A program made the translations under genes and the position numbers. DNA of 64,000 nucleotides, taken from positions 18,471 to 82,470 of the forward strand of contig CALDAH010000024.1 in assembly GCA_937903135.1 (NCBI GenBank), written 5' to 3'. The notes below the pieces were generated by a model that did not search any database, was not told the origin of the DNA, and saw nothing but the letters and a program-made list of their open reading frames with translations. The stretch's first letter is position 1; every line of letters begins with the position of its first letter. The DNA comes from an uncultured Alphaproteobacteria bacterium (GTDB lineage Bacteria > Pseudomonadota > Alphaproteobacteria > Rs-D84). Shown in pieces: positions 37,650 through 47,575 of the stretch.

Positions 37650-39182
37650 ATGTCTTTTGTTTCTATGCCTCGTCAGGATTTGCTGTTGGCAATTGATTCC
37701 CTGGCCCAAGAAAAACAAATTGACCGTGAAATCGTTATTGAATCATTAGAAGCGGCCATTGCAAAAATTGCAAAACATAAATACGGCGAAGAATTTAATA
37801 TATCGGCCAGTATTGACAGAAAAAATGGGGCAATTTACGTAAAGCGTTTGTTTACAGTTATTCAATCCCCGGAATCTGTTGGTGACGAATATGATTCAAA
37901 TACTATGCTAACCGTCGCCGAGGCTAAAAAATATTCTAAAAACCCAACTGTCGGGGATATAGTAGAAGACCCACTGCCGGAACCTGAATTCGGACGTATG
38001 GCATTTCAGACCGCAAAACAGATTATGACCGCCCGCGTTCGTGACGCAGAAAAGGGCCGTCAGTACGAAGAATTCAAAGATAATATCGGCGATATCGTAA
38101 GTGGTGTTGTAAAACGTATTGAATTCGGAAATGTATTCGTTGATATTAACGGCAAAGCCGAAGGGTATATCAAAGGCAGCGAGCTGATCCCCGGCGAACG
38201 TTTAGCCGTAGGTGATCGCGTTCGTGCATTAATTATGGATGTCGCGCGTTCTAATTCCGGGCCTCAGATTTTCTTAACACGTACGCACCCGATGTTTATG
38301 GAAAAACTGTTTGTTCAGGAAGTTCCAGAGATATACGAAGGTATTATTAAAATTAAATCTGTATCACGTGCCCCGGGATCACACGCAAAAATTGCCGTTG
38401 AAACCCAAGATCCGTCAATTGACGCCGTAGGTATGACCGTAGGTATCAAAGGTACACGTATTCAGCCGGTTATTAATGAATGCCACGGTGAAAAAATTGA
38501 CGTTATTTTATATTCAGACGACCCGGCCGTATTTATCGTTAACGCCATGCAACCGGCCAAGGTAGCCAAGATTATCGTAGACGAGGATACACGTACCGCC
38601 GCCGTCGTTGTTAACGAGGATCAGCAATCCCTGGCAATCGGTCGTCGCGGTCAAAACGTTCGCTTAGCGTCCCAGCTTACCGGTTGGAATATTGACGTTA
38701 TGAACGAAGCCGAAGAACAGGAACGCCGTGCAAAAGAGTTTAAGGAAAAAACAGAATTATTTATCCGCGGCCTGGACGTTGATGAAATGATCGCCCACCT
38801 GTTAATTACCGAAGGTTTCCGCACCATAGAAGAAATCGCATTCGTTGACAGCGGTGAACTGGAAAGCATAGAAGGCTTTAACCCGGAATTAGCAACAGAA
38901 TTACAAAAGCGTGCAAACGACTACCTGGCCAAGGTTGAACAGGACTATCTTGACGAAGGTCATAAATTGGGTATGTCCGACGATCTAATGGGATTTGATT
39001 TTATCAAGCGTCCGATTATTATGAAATTGGGTGCTGCCGGAATTAAATCATTGGCGGATCTGGCCGATCTTGCCGCGGACGAATTAATTGAAATCCTAGG
39101 CGAGGATACGATGAGCCAACGCTTGGCCGGTCGCGTTATTATGAAAGCGCGTGAATTGGCATATGGCATTGGCGAAGAATAA
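37650..39182 (+). CDS. nusA: Transcription termination/antitermination factor NusA.
   Basis: N-terminal domain, S1 domain, two KH domains and a C-terminal acidic repeat region. Length is 510 aa. Confidence 0.9.
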   Translation: MSFVSMPRQDLLLAIDSLAQEKQIDREIVIESLEAAIAKIAKHKYGEEFNISASIDRKNGAIYVKRLFTVIQSPESVGDEYDSNTMLTVAEAKKYSKNPTVGDIVEDPLPEPEFGRMAFQTAKQIMTARVRDAEKGRQYEEFKDNIGDIVSGVVKRIEFGNVFVDINGKAEGYIKGSELIPGERLAVGDRVRALIMDVARSNSGPQIFLTRTHPMFMEKLFVQEVPEIYEGIIKIKSVSRAPGSHAKIAVETQDPSIDAVGMTVGIKGTRIQPVINECHGEKIDVILYSDDPAVFIVNAMQPAKVAKIIVDEDTRTAAVVVNEDQQSLAIGRRGQNVRLASQLTGWNIDVMNEAEEQERRAKEFKEKTELFIRGLDVDEMIAHLLITEGFRTIEEIAFVDSGELESIEGFNPELATELQKRANDYLAKVEQDYLDEGHKLGMSDDLMGFDFIKRPIIMKLGAAGIKSLADLADLAADELIEILGEDTMSQRLAGRVIMKARELAYGIGEE

Positions 39183-39240
39183 ACGCATTATTTGATGCCG
39201 CGGGGGGATGTTCTCCCCGCGGATACACAAAGGTTATATT

Positions 39241-41637
39241 ATGGCAACATTAACACTTGGAAAATCTGTAACAGTTGACGCGGTACAAAGCAAAAAAGGC
39301 GATGCCGTTTTCGTTGAACGCCGCCGTCGTGTTGTTGCGCCCGGCACGCGTGAGCTGCGTGATGAACCGTCTGCGCCGGCAACGCCACGTAATGCGGCAG
39401 ATGAAAAACTGCGCGCCGTATTAGAGGCCGCACGTGCCCGCGAAGAGGAACGCAAAAAACGTGCCGCCGAAGAAGCTGCGGCCGCCGCCGCCCGCGAGGC
39501 CGAGATTGAACGCGATGCACGTGAATACGAACAGGTCAAAGAACAGCTCGCGGCACGTGAAAACGCATCAGCGTCCGCAGATGTTGCCCCGGAAAAAAAT
39601 CGTCCGGCGGGCGTTCAAAAAACATTTGCCCCGGCCGCGGCCGCGCCCGCACGTGGTGGTAAATCACGCAGTGCCGATGACGACGATGGACGTCCTGGAA
39701 ATAAATTTAATAACTCTAAAAAAGATTTCAAAAAAAGCGGTAAAATCTCACTGCACGATATCGTAATCGGTGACGGGGATGATGACGATGAAATCGCCCT
39801 GCGTGGTGCAAATCGTCGCCGGTCCGAAGCGTCGCTTAAACGATTCCGCGAAAAGGCCCGGGCGATATTTTCCGCCCCGCAAAAGGTTGAACGTGTCGTA
39901 ACCTTAGGGGATACGATAACGGTCAAAGATCTGGCCGCGGCAATGGCGGAAAAGGTTGGCAACGTTATAAAAAAATTAATGGAAATGGGTATGATGGCGT
40001 CTGTTAATCAGTCCATTGATGCCGATACCGCAGAACTGATTGCAACCGAATTCGGTGCGACGGTTAAACGCGTTGATGTAAAACCGTATGCCGATATTTT
40101 AGAACGCGCCCCGGATGCAAATAAACTGCAGCCCCGTGCGCCCGTTGTAACGGTTGTTGGACACGTTGATCACGGTAAAACATCCCTGCTGGATGCGTTC
40201 CGTAATGCAAACGTCGCCGCGGGCGAGGCCGGCGGAATAACCCAGCATATTTCATCGTACGAGGTACGAACCAAATCCGGTGCGATGATTACGTTTTTGG
40301 ATACCCCGGGACACGAAACATTTACAGCCATGCGTGCGCGTGGTGCACAGATGGCGGATATCGTTGTATTGGTTGTTGCGGCAAATGATTCAATTATGCC
40401 CCAGACGATCGAGGCGATAAATCATATCCGCGCAGCAAATGTTCCGTTTATTGTCGCGATTAATAAAATTGATTTACCAGAGGCCAACCCGACACGTGTT
40501 AAAACAGACCTGCTTCAGCAAGAGGTTCAGGTAGAGGACATGGGCGGCGACGTTCAGTGCGTTGAAATATCCGCGACCAAGAAAATCGGTTTAGATAAAC
40601 TAGAAGAAGCGATTTTATTACAGGCTGAAATGATGGATCTAAAGGCTGATCCGGAAATGCCCGCCGTTGCGTATGTTGTTGAGGCTAAGATGGAAAAGGG
40701 CCTAGGGGCGGTTGCAACAATATTAATGCGTCACGGGACACTGAAAATCGGTGATGTATTTGTTGTCGGCGAAACATTTGGGCGTGTTCGTGGCCTGATC
40801 GGGTCGGACGGCGCACGCGTGAAATCCGTTCGCCCGGGCCAGCCTGCGGTTGTTCTGGGACTGAATTCTGTCCCGAGTGCCGGTGACGAACTGCGCGTTA
40901 TGGAATCCGAAGCACAAACGCGCGAGGTCGCAGAATATCGCATCCAAAAGGCAAAAGATAAAGCAAACGCGATTAAGCGTTCATCACTGGAAGAATTATT
41001 CGCAAAACGCGATGATAACAAGAAATTAATTCTGCCAATTATTTTACGTGCCGACGTTCAGGGGAGTGTAGAGGCGATTAACGACATGCTAAAGGATATC
41101 AATACCGAAAAAGCGGGTGTTGAGATACTCTCGTCCGGGGTCGGTCAGATAACCGAAGGCGATATTCGTTTAGCCGCCGCATCAAATGCTGTAATTATCG
41201 CGTTTAATGTTCGTGCCGACGCGGTCGTTCGTGATATGGCACGCACCGGGGGCGTTGATATCCGCTATCACAGTGTTGTATATCGTATCACAGACGAGAT
41301 AAAGGAAATACTATCTGGGAAACTTGCCCCGGAAAAGCACGAAACCTTTATCGGGTATGCCGATGTTATCGCACTGTTTACAGTCGGCAAAGGTGTTCGC
41401 GTTGCCGGTTGCCGCATGACCGAAGGTGTGATAAAGAAAGATGCTTTTGTTCGTCTGCTGCGTAATAACGTCGTTATTTATGACGGTAAAATCGGACAGC
41501 TGCGCCGTGAAAAGAACGAGGTTAAGGAAGTATCGGGTGGCGTTGAGTTCGGTATGAGCTTTGATAAATATAACGACCTAAAGGAAGGCGATCGCGTTGA
41601 ATGCTACGAGGTAGAAGAGGTTCGCGCACAGCTGTAA
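39241..41637 (+). CDS. infB: Translation initiation factor IF-2.
   Basis: Ala/Glu/Arg-rich N-terminus, G-domain motifs [18 protein letters not shown] and NKID, and C-terminal beta-barrels. Confidence 0.9.
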   Translation: MATLTLGKSVTVDAVQSKKGDAVFVERRRRVVAPGTRELRDEPSAPATPRNAADEKLRAVLEAARAREEERKKRAAEEAAAAAAREAEIERDAREYEQVKEQLAARENASASADVAPEKNRPAGVQKTFAPAAAAPARGGKSRSADDDDGRPGNKFNNSKKDFKKSGKISLHDIVIGDGDDDDEIALRGANRRRSEASLKRFREKARAIFSAPQKVERVVTLGDTITVKDLAAAMAEKVGNVIKKLMEMGMMASVNQSIDADTAELIATEFGATVKRVDVKPYADILERAPDANKLQPRAPVVTVVGHVDHGKTSLLDAFRNANVAAGEAGGITQHISSYEVRTKSGAMITFLDTPGHETFTAMRARGAQMADIVVLVVAANDSIMPQTIEAINHIRAANVPFIVAINKIDLPEANPTRVKTDLLQQEVQVEDMGGDVQCVEISATKKIGLDKLEEAILLQAEMMDLKADPEMPAVAYVVEAKMEKGLGAVATILMRHGTLKIGDVFVVGETFGRVRGLIGSDGARVKSVRPGQPAVVLGLNSVPSAGDELRVMESEAQTREVAEYRIQKAKDKANAIKRSSLEELFAKRDDNKKLILPIILRADVQGSVEAINDMLKDINTEKAGVEILSSGVGQITEGDIRLAAASNAVIIAFNVRADAVVRDMARTGGVDIRYHSVVYRITDEIKEILSGKLAPEKHETFIGYADVIALFTVGKGVRVAGCRMTEGVIKKDAFVRLLRNNVVIYDGKIGQLRREKNEVKEVSGGVEFGMSFDKYNDLKEGDRVECYEVEEVRAQL

Positions 41638-41640
41638 CCC

Positions 41641-41666
41641 AAATCGCCCTGCGGGGCGATTTTTTT
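41641..41666 (+). terminator. Rho-independent terminator after infB.
   Basis: aaatcgccctgcggggcgattttttt. Confidence 0.7.
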
Positions 41667-41716
41667 ATATACATAACCGCTATTACTTTTGCTTTTTTTG
41701 TGATAAAATATACGGC

Positions 41717-44005
41717 ATGGAAAAACAATCTAATTTTTTACCGGAACGTGTATCCGGTGCATTAAAAAGTATGCTTGTTCGCATCGCGGGCGGTATGTTG
41801 TTGGTATTTGGCGCATGGGCGGTTATCGCACTGATTTTTCATAACCCGTATCTGGACGGATTTGCCGCCGCCAGTACATTCGGCAATCAGTCGCTAATGG
41901 GAAATATCGTAGGGACAATACGATACGGTATTGGTTTTATCCCGGCTGTGTTTTTATTTTTATTAATTATGCGCTGGGGGATTTCATGGCTGGCCGGCTG
42001 GGCCGATAATGGCGCGCCTGAATATAATGTACTGCGTGGCTTTATCGCGATTTGCGTCGGTGCGGCCGGGTTTGGATTAATTATGCCGCGGGCAACATAC
42101 GGCGGTATCGCCGGCAGTATTGTCGCGGCGGATCTGGGGCGGTTAATCGGTGGCTGGGGGCTGCTGGTGGGGCTGGTCTGTGTCGCGGTGTTTTTTATTA
42201 TCGCGGCCATGCTGCTGCATATTAAATGGTCGCATGTAACGGCTGTTGCGCGCCGCACGTATCGTGCGATTGCGTGGTTGTTATCGGTATTTCATTTAAC
42301 GCGCGGTTCTGCGTACGATTACGAGAGCACCGAAGATGACACCGCGGATGCAGACGATGACGAAGATATCGGTGAAGATGACGATGAATACTACGAAGAT
42401 ACGGCCGAAGAGAAAGTAGAGGAAGAGGTTCGACCAACGCCGCGGCGCGCGCCAGCAAAACGTCAGCCGGCACGCCGCAGTGCCGCCGCAAAGGACGGCG
42501 ATGCGTTTGAATACGAGCTGCCGAGTCCTAAATTACTGGAACGTTCAAATTTCGGAAAGAATATTGTAACGCCGGAACTGAAACGCAATGCGGCCGCAAT
42601 GGAAACGCATTTCGCAGAATACGGTGTCCGTGGCAAGGTTGTCGGAATTCGCCCCGGACCGATTGTTACATTATATGAGTTCCTGCCCGATAGCGGGACG
42701 CGCATGAATGACGTTAGTGGCACGGTTAAGGATATGACGCGTGCAATGGCAACTGAAAATATTCGTATCGCGCATATCCCCGGGACGCAGTTTATTGGCG
42801 TTGAAATGGTAAATGCCAACCGCCAGACGGTGCGTTTTCAGTCTTTGGTGGATAACCCTGCGTTTATTAATTCAAAATATCGCGTGCCGTTGGCCCTTGG
42901 GGTGGATATCGGTGGTAATTCTATGTATTTTGATTTAGCAAAAATGCCGCATATGCTAATCGCGGGGCGAACAGGGTCGGGGAAATCTGTATTCGTTCAG
43001 TCAATCATTGTTTCAATTGTATATCATTTCACGCCGGATAAATGTAAGTTAATGATTATTGACCCAAAAGGTGTTGATTTTACCATGTGGGATGATATTC
43101 CCCATCTGATTACGCCGATTATTAAAATGGATGCTGTTGCTGCGGTAAATGCATTAAAGTGGTCGGTTGGTGAAATGGAAAACCGTTATAAACGACTGCA
43201 GGAAATGGGCGCGCAGAATATTGAAAGCTATAACGAGATTGTATCAAAAAAGCGGGCGGCAGGCGAGGCGATGACGCGTCAGGTTGTTGTCGGCACAGAC
43301 CCTGAAACGGGCGAGTTCGAATACGAAACCCAGGAAGTGGATTTATCAGATATGCCGTATCTGGTAATAATAATTGACGAGGTGGCCGATTTAATGTCCG
43401 TCGCCCGCAAGGACGTAGAAATGGGCGTTCAGCGATTAGCGCAAAAGGCGCGTGCCGCGGGAATTCACCTGGTTATGGCGACGCAGCGACCCGATGCCCA
43501 GACGATTACCGGGGTTATTAAGGCTAATTTCCCGACACGTATATCGTTCCAGGCGCGCAGTGCAATTGACTCGCGAACGACCCTCGGCGAGGGCGGGGCA
43601 GAAAACCTGTTATCATGCGGGGATATGCTGTTTAGCGAGGCCGGTCGCGTCCCTGTTCGTATTCACGGCGCGTTTATCCAGGATGCGGAACTGTCGCGGA
43701 TCGCAGATTTCCTGCGCACCCAGGGGACGCCGGTATATGTTGACGGCGTAGGTGATGATGCAGATTCACCTGTGGCCGGCCCGATGCCCGGAATCCCCGG
43801 TGCAGTCCCGTCCAAGGGCGATAAGGATGCAGATTTATACGCCCAGGCCAAAGAATGCGTTCTGCGTGATAAAAAGCCCACGATATCATACATTCAACGT
43901 CGCCTGCAGATCGGGTATAACAAAGCGGCGGGTTTCATGGAACGGATGGAACAGGACGGAATCGTTAGTGCCCCGGACGCAAATAACAAGCGGCATATAT
44001 TATAA
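41717..44005 (+). CDS. ftsK: DNA translocase FtsK.
   Basis: N-terminal TM domain, an acidic linker, a motor domain with Walker A AGRTGSGKS, and a gamma wHTH domain. Confidence 0.9.
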   Translation: MEKQSNFLPERVSGALKSMLVRIAGGMLLVFGAWAVIALIFHNPYLDGFAAASTFGNQSLMGNIVGTIRYGIGFIPAVFLFLLIMRWGISWLAGWADNGAPEYNVLRGFIAICVGAAGFGLIMPRATYGGIAGSIVAADLGRLIGGWGLLVGLVCVAVFFIIAAMLLHIKWSHVTAVARRTYRAIAWLLSVFHLTRGSAYDYESTEDDTADADDDEDIGEDDDEYYEDTAEEKVEEEVRPTPRRAPAKRQPARRSAAAKDGDAFEYELPSPKLLERSNFGKNIVTPELKRNAAAMETHFAEYGVRGKVVGIRPGPIVTLYEFLPDSGTRMNDVSGTVKDMTRAMATENIRIAHIPGTQFIGVEMVNANRQTVRFQSLVDNPAFINSKYRVPLALGVDIGGNSMYFDLAKMPHMLIAGRTGSGKSVFVQSIIVSIVYHFTPDKCKLMIIDPKGVDFTMWDDIPHLITPIIKMDAVAAVNALKWSVGEMENRYKRLQEMGAQNIESYNEIVSKKRAAGEAMTRQVVVGTDPETGEFEYETQEVDLSDMPYLVIIIDEVADLMSVARKDVEMGVQRLAQKARAAGIHLVMATQRPDAQTITGVIKANFPTRISFQARSAIDSRTTLGEGGAENLLSCGDMLFSEAGRVPVRIHGAFIQDAELSRIADFLRTQGTPVYVDGVGDDADSPVAGPMPGIPGAVPSKGDKDADLYAQAKECVLRDKKPTISYIQRRLQIGYNKAAGFMERMEQDGIVSAPDANNKRHIL

Positions 44006-44035
44006 AAAAGCGCCCCGCATTCCTGCGGGGCTTTT
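44003..44035. terminator. Bidirectional terminator between ftsK and fabZ.
   Basis: aaaaaagcgccccgcattcctgcggggcttttt. Confidence 0.7.
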
Positions 44036-44050
44036 TATCGGGTGTGTTTT

Positions 44051-44488
44051 TTATTTATCCACGGTATCTAAAATCGCGGTAAATGTTGCCTCGGCCACTT
44101 TCTTGCCGCCGACCATCGCGATGCCGTGGAATTTATATAGGCGCATTTTTGTCATTAACAGCTCTACGTGTAATTCCAGTGTATCGCCAGGTTTTACCAT
44201 ATGGGAAAACTTAATCTTTTCCATGGTTGTAAAATACCCCAGTGTTTTACCATCCGTTGCACCGATATGCGTCAGCGCGATAAAGCACGCCGTCTGGGCC
44301 AGAGCTTCTATCTGTAAAACGCCCGGCATAATCGGGTTGCCTGGGAAATGGCCGCTGCACCAAAATTCATCTTCGCGTACGTATTTAATACCGACCCCGC
44401 TGGTTTCGTTATATTCACGAATTTCGTCAATTAAACGCATATCACCACGGTGGGGAATTACCTTTTCTATACCTGTTGCATCTATCAT
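44051..44488 (-). CDS. fabZ: 3-hydroxyacyl-ACP dehydratase FabZ.
   Basis: Hot-dog fold motifs HFPGNPIMPGVL…EA.AQ. Confidence 0.9.
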   Translation of the reverse strand: MIDATGIEKVIPHRGDMRLIDEIREYNETSGVGIKYVREDEFWCSGHFPGNPIMPGVLQIEALAQTACFIALTHIGATDGKTLGYFTTMEKIKFSHMVKPGDTLELHVELLMTKMRLYKFHGIAMVGGKKVAEATFTAILDTVDK

Positions 44489-44509
44489 GTTTTCATCCTC
44501 TCGTATAAA

Positions 44510-45553
44510 TTATTTTGTTGAATTTTTTTTCAGCCACGCATAGTGACGCATAAATTCAATCCCCGGGCCCGCCGGATACCCCATATGACGTTCGCCCGCG
44601 GGGATATTGCGAAATACACCACTGTTCGCACCAACCTCGGCGTCATTGCCGATCCGTACCCCGTTTGCAATGCCGACGTGTCCGCCTAATAATACGCGGT
44701 CGCCGACGATAACGCCCCCTGCGATTCCAACGCCCGATGCCAAAAAGCATTCACGGCCGATAACAACACCGTGTGCAATCTGACACAGGTTATCAATTTT
44801 TGTCCCGTCGCCGACGATTGTATCCGTCATCGCACCGCGGTCAATGCATGTATTTGCACCAACCGATACGCGATCACCCAATACTACGCGCCCGACGTGG
44901 GGAATGAATATGTTATGACCATCCTGGCGGGTATAGCCAAACCCGTCTTTGCCGATAACGGCGCCGACATTTATAACGCATTCCGCACCGATGGTTGCAT
45001 TTTCAATATGTGCGCCCGATCGAACAATTGTTCCGCGCCCGATTGTTACATTTCGTCCGATATATGCGCCCGGGTAAATCTTTACATCCGGTTCAATAAC
45101 CGCACCGCGTTCAACTGTGGCGCATTGACCGACATATACACTGCGACGATTACGAAAAAATACACCACGTTCAATAAACGAATTTCTGTCAATGCCAAAG
45201 CGTGGTTTTTCTTTGTATATTTCGCCAAGTATTTTTACGATATTTCCGCGCGGACTGTCGGTTATTAGAAGTGTTGCACCCGCCGGGGCGTTTTTTATTT
45301 GTTCAGGTTGCAATAATATAACAGACGCGCGTGTGTTTTTTAATACCTCTATGGGCAGGATTTTAAATGCCGCGCTGTTCTGTTCTGTGGAATAAAATGC
45401 CAACTGGCCCGGTCGTGCGTCTGCAATCGGGGCAATGCCGATAACCGGGGTGTTTTCATCGCCATGCAATTGCAGGCCGAATTGTTTAGCCAACGCACCG
45501 GCAGTTGTTTTCGTGGCACGTGGTCCGATAAGATTTTTTATTATATTTAACAT
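44510..45553 (-). CDS. lpxD: UDP-3-O-acylglucosamine N-acyltransferase LpxD.
   Basis: LbH hexapeptide repeats run throughout. The start is set at MLNIIKNL, which matches the LpxD N-terminus. Confidence 0.85.
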   Translation of the reverse strand: MLNIIKNLIGPRATKTTAGALAKQFGLQLHGDENTPVIGIAPIADARPGQLAFYSTEQNSAAFKILPIEVLKNTRASVILLQPEQIKNAPAGATLLITDSPRGNIVKILGEIYKEKPRFGIDRNSFIERGVFFRNRRSVYVGQCATVERGAVIEPDVKIYPGAYIGRNVTIGRGTIVRSGAHIENATIGAECVINVGAVIGKDGFGYTRQDGHNIFIPHVGRVVLGDRVSVGANTCIDRGAMTDTIVGDGTKIDNLCQIAHGVVIGRECFLASGVGIAGGVIVGDRVLLGGHVGIANGVRIGNDAEVGANSGVFRNIPAGERHMGYPAGPGIEFMRHYAWLKKNSTK

Positions 45554-45673
45554 GTCGCGATTATAGACTAAAAAAAATAAATTAAAAGAAAAAATAGCGA
45601 TGCGGTTATATCTTATAAAATCCAATATAAAAAAAGGGCCGACACTTTCATGCCGGCCGGATGTTGGTATTAA

Positions 45674-46336
45674 TTAAAAACCTTGTGGTTTTTCCATTTT
45701 TACGCTGGTAACCTTTTTATCCAATGCTGATACTACGTCGTTTGTAATATCCAGGTTTTGGGCGTCTGCACCTGTACGGGCAAAGCGGCCGTCAATTACC
45801 AATGATAATTTTTTCTTTGCGATAATACCTTCTATGATCGGGTCAAGGTGTTTTGTCTGCATTTCATTTAATGCCTTTTGAAATGACATTTCAATGCTCT
45901 GGGCACGTTCGGCCAGGTCACGCTGCAGTTTTGTTACGCGGTTTTGATAATCAACAACGCGGCGCTGCAGTGCTTCGCGTGATAAAACGTCCTGAGATTT
46001 TTCAATCTCTGCTTTTTCTTTTTCCAATGCTTTCTGGTCACGGGTTAGTTCATCGCGCAGTTTGTTTTCATATGATTCTTTTTGTTTACGCAGATCCTGT
46101 AATGCTTTTGCATCGGATTGAATCGCGTCCATGCGAATAACCGCAATACGCAGGTTTGCACCATTCGCGGCATCGGTTGATACCTCTTCTATGGCGTCGG
46201 TTACGGTTGCCCCGCCACGGTTAAACGATGATACCGCCCATACGCCGATGGCCGCAATCGCGATAACTGCCGCCGCAATAATACCCATGCGGGCATAGCT
46301 TTTTGCTGCCGGATTAACATTTTTTGTATTTGCCAT
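45674..46336 (-). CDS. OmpH/Skp-family periplasmic chaperone with an N-terminal membrane anchor.
   Basis: Coiled-coil-rich and basic protein. It lies immediately upstream of lpxD-fabZ, as skp does in the bamA-skp-lpxD-fabZ cluster. Confidence 0.6.
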   Translation of the reverse strand: MANTKNVNPAAKSYARMGIIAAAVIAIAAIGVWAVSSFNRGGATVTDAIEEVSTDAANGANLRIAVIRMDAIQSDAKALQDLRKQKESYENKLRDELTRDQKALEKEKAEIEKSQDVLSREALQRRVVDYQNRVTKLQRDLAERAQSIEMSFQKALNEMQTKHLDPIIEGIIAKKKLSLVIDGRFARTGADAQNLDITNDVVSALDKKVTSVKMEKPQGF

Positions 46337-46407
46337 AATTTTCCATCCTTTGTTTTTTTAGTTCCAAAGGTACTATAACAATAAAAAAAAGAAATGAAAA
46401 GGGAAAG

Positions 46408-47100
46408 TTATCGGACCGGGGCGATGCGAATCTCTACGCGGCGATTGGTTAATCGGCCGATATCATCCTGGGCGGCAATTGGGCGTGCCGCCCCGCGCCC
46501 GACAATAAACAATCGTTCGGGGATAATCCCGTGCTGGGCAAAATATACCCCAACCCGTTGTGCCATATCAAATGACAATGCACGTGCCGCATTATTGTCG
46601 CGCGTTGCATCGGTATAGCCTGCGATTTCAATAAACGTTGCATCGTATTTTTTCAAAATTTTTGTAATTATGGACAATGTATCCGACCCAGTGGCCGATA
46701 TATCCGCCACGTTTAATTCCATAATTGCATCGCGAACAAGTATTACCACAACCTCGGTCCCGGCGCGCTGAACAGATATGCCGGGTTTGCGCAGCGCATC
46801 ATATAGGGCGTATTCCAGAGACGACATATAGCCGAGCAACGCCATGTTGTCATTCGTGGTTTTATCACCGTATTCCGCCCGTGCCCCGGCGTTATTATTA
46901 ATATCGCTGTTCGCGACGGTGCGTCCCCCCGCGCCAAGCAGTACCTGGCGCTTGGCAATACGGGATGTTTCGGTCATATCCGTTACGCTTGCGCCGCGCA
47001 GGATTTGACCCCACGTCGCCCGATCGGGGCTGTGATATTGCATGCATCCGGCGATGCAGAGAACGGATATAAATAAAAAAGATATTTTAAATTTATTCAT
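46408..47100 (-). CDS. OmpA/MotB-family peptidoglycan-binding lipoprotein.
   Basis: Lipobox LCIAGC and a C-terminal OmpA-like domain (AGYTD…N..L…RA..V…RRVEI). Its ATG directly abuts the stop codon of the upstream pilin-like gene. Confidence 0.7.
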   Translation of the reverse strand: MNKFKISFLFISVLCIAGCMQYHSPDRATWGQILRGASVTDMTETSRIAKRQVLLGAGGRTVANSDINNNAGARAEYGDKTTNDNMALLGYMSSLEYALYDALRKPGISVQRAGTEVVVILVRDAIMELNVADISATGSDTLSIITKILKKYDATFIEIAGYTDATRDNNAARALSFDMAQRVGVYFAQHGIIPERLFIVGRGAARPIAAQDDIGRLTNRRVEIRIAPVR

Positions 47101-47559
47101 TTATTCCGCGATGAATGAAATTTGATTTGTTTGTGATGAAAAACAATGCGACCCCGGATCGGTTTCATATCCGTTAACTAATACCGCGCTGGCCCATTTT
47201 GGAATCGCCGTGGTAAAATAATCACATTCACCTTCGCTGAGGTTAGTTAGGTTAATAGAAAACGTTTTACCATCCGCGCCGGCCGATACGGACCAATTAT
47301 TATCGCCAATCGGTGCATTGGCGTTTTTAAGTGCCCCGGCCTTAATCAAATAATCCACAGAGAGGCCCGAGTACGTACCGCGCACCTGCATTAGCAGTCG
47401 TACGTTTTTCGCAATGCTGTCTATTTCCGATGTTGCAATCGCACGTATCTGGTTTTGACGTATTGCGCGATATATTCCGATCGTACTTACGGTCATAACA
47501 CCGGCAATTGCCATAACGCCAATAATTTCAATCAAAGAACGTCCTGATTCTGCCTTCAT
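47101..47559 (-). CDS. Prepilin-type N-terminal domain protein (type IV pilin or pseudopilin-like).
   Basis: The N-terminus MKAES-G-RSLIE-IIGVMAIAGVMTVSTIGIY fits the class III signal, with Gly at -1, Glu at +5 and about 20 hydrophobic residues. A strong SD (gcaagaggaaacataATG) lies upstream. Length is 152 aa. Confidence 0.55.
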   Translation of the reverse strand: MKAESGRSLIEIIGVMAIAGVMTVSTIGIYRAIRQNQIRAIATSEIDSIAKNVRLLMQVRGTYSGLSVDYLIKAGALKNANAPIGDNNWSVSAGADGKTFSINLTNLSEGECDYFTTAIPKWASAVLVNGYETDPGSHCFSSQTNQISFIAE

Positions 47560-47575
47560 TATGTTTCCTCTTGCT

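Noticed and set aside
39234-39962. Minus-strand Ala/Arg-rich ORFs opposite the infB N-terminal region.
   Set aside because: They reflect the low-complexity GC-rich infB N-terminus (Ala/Glu/Arg repeats) read antisense.
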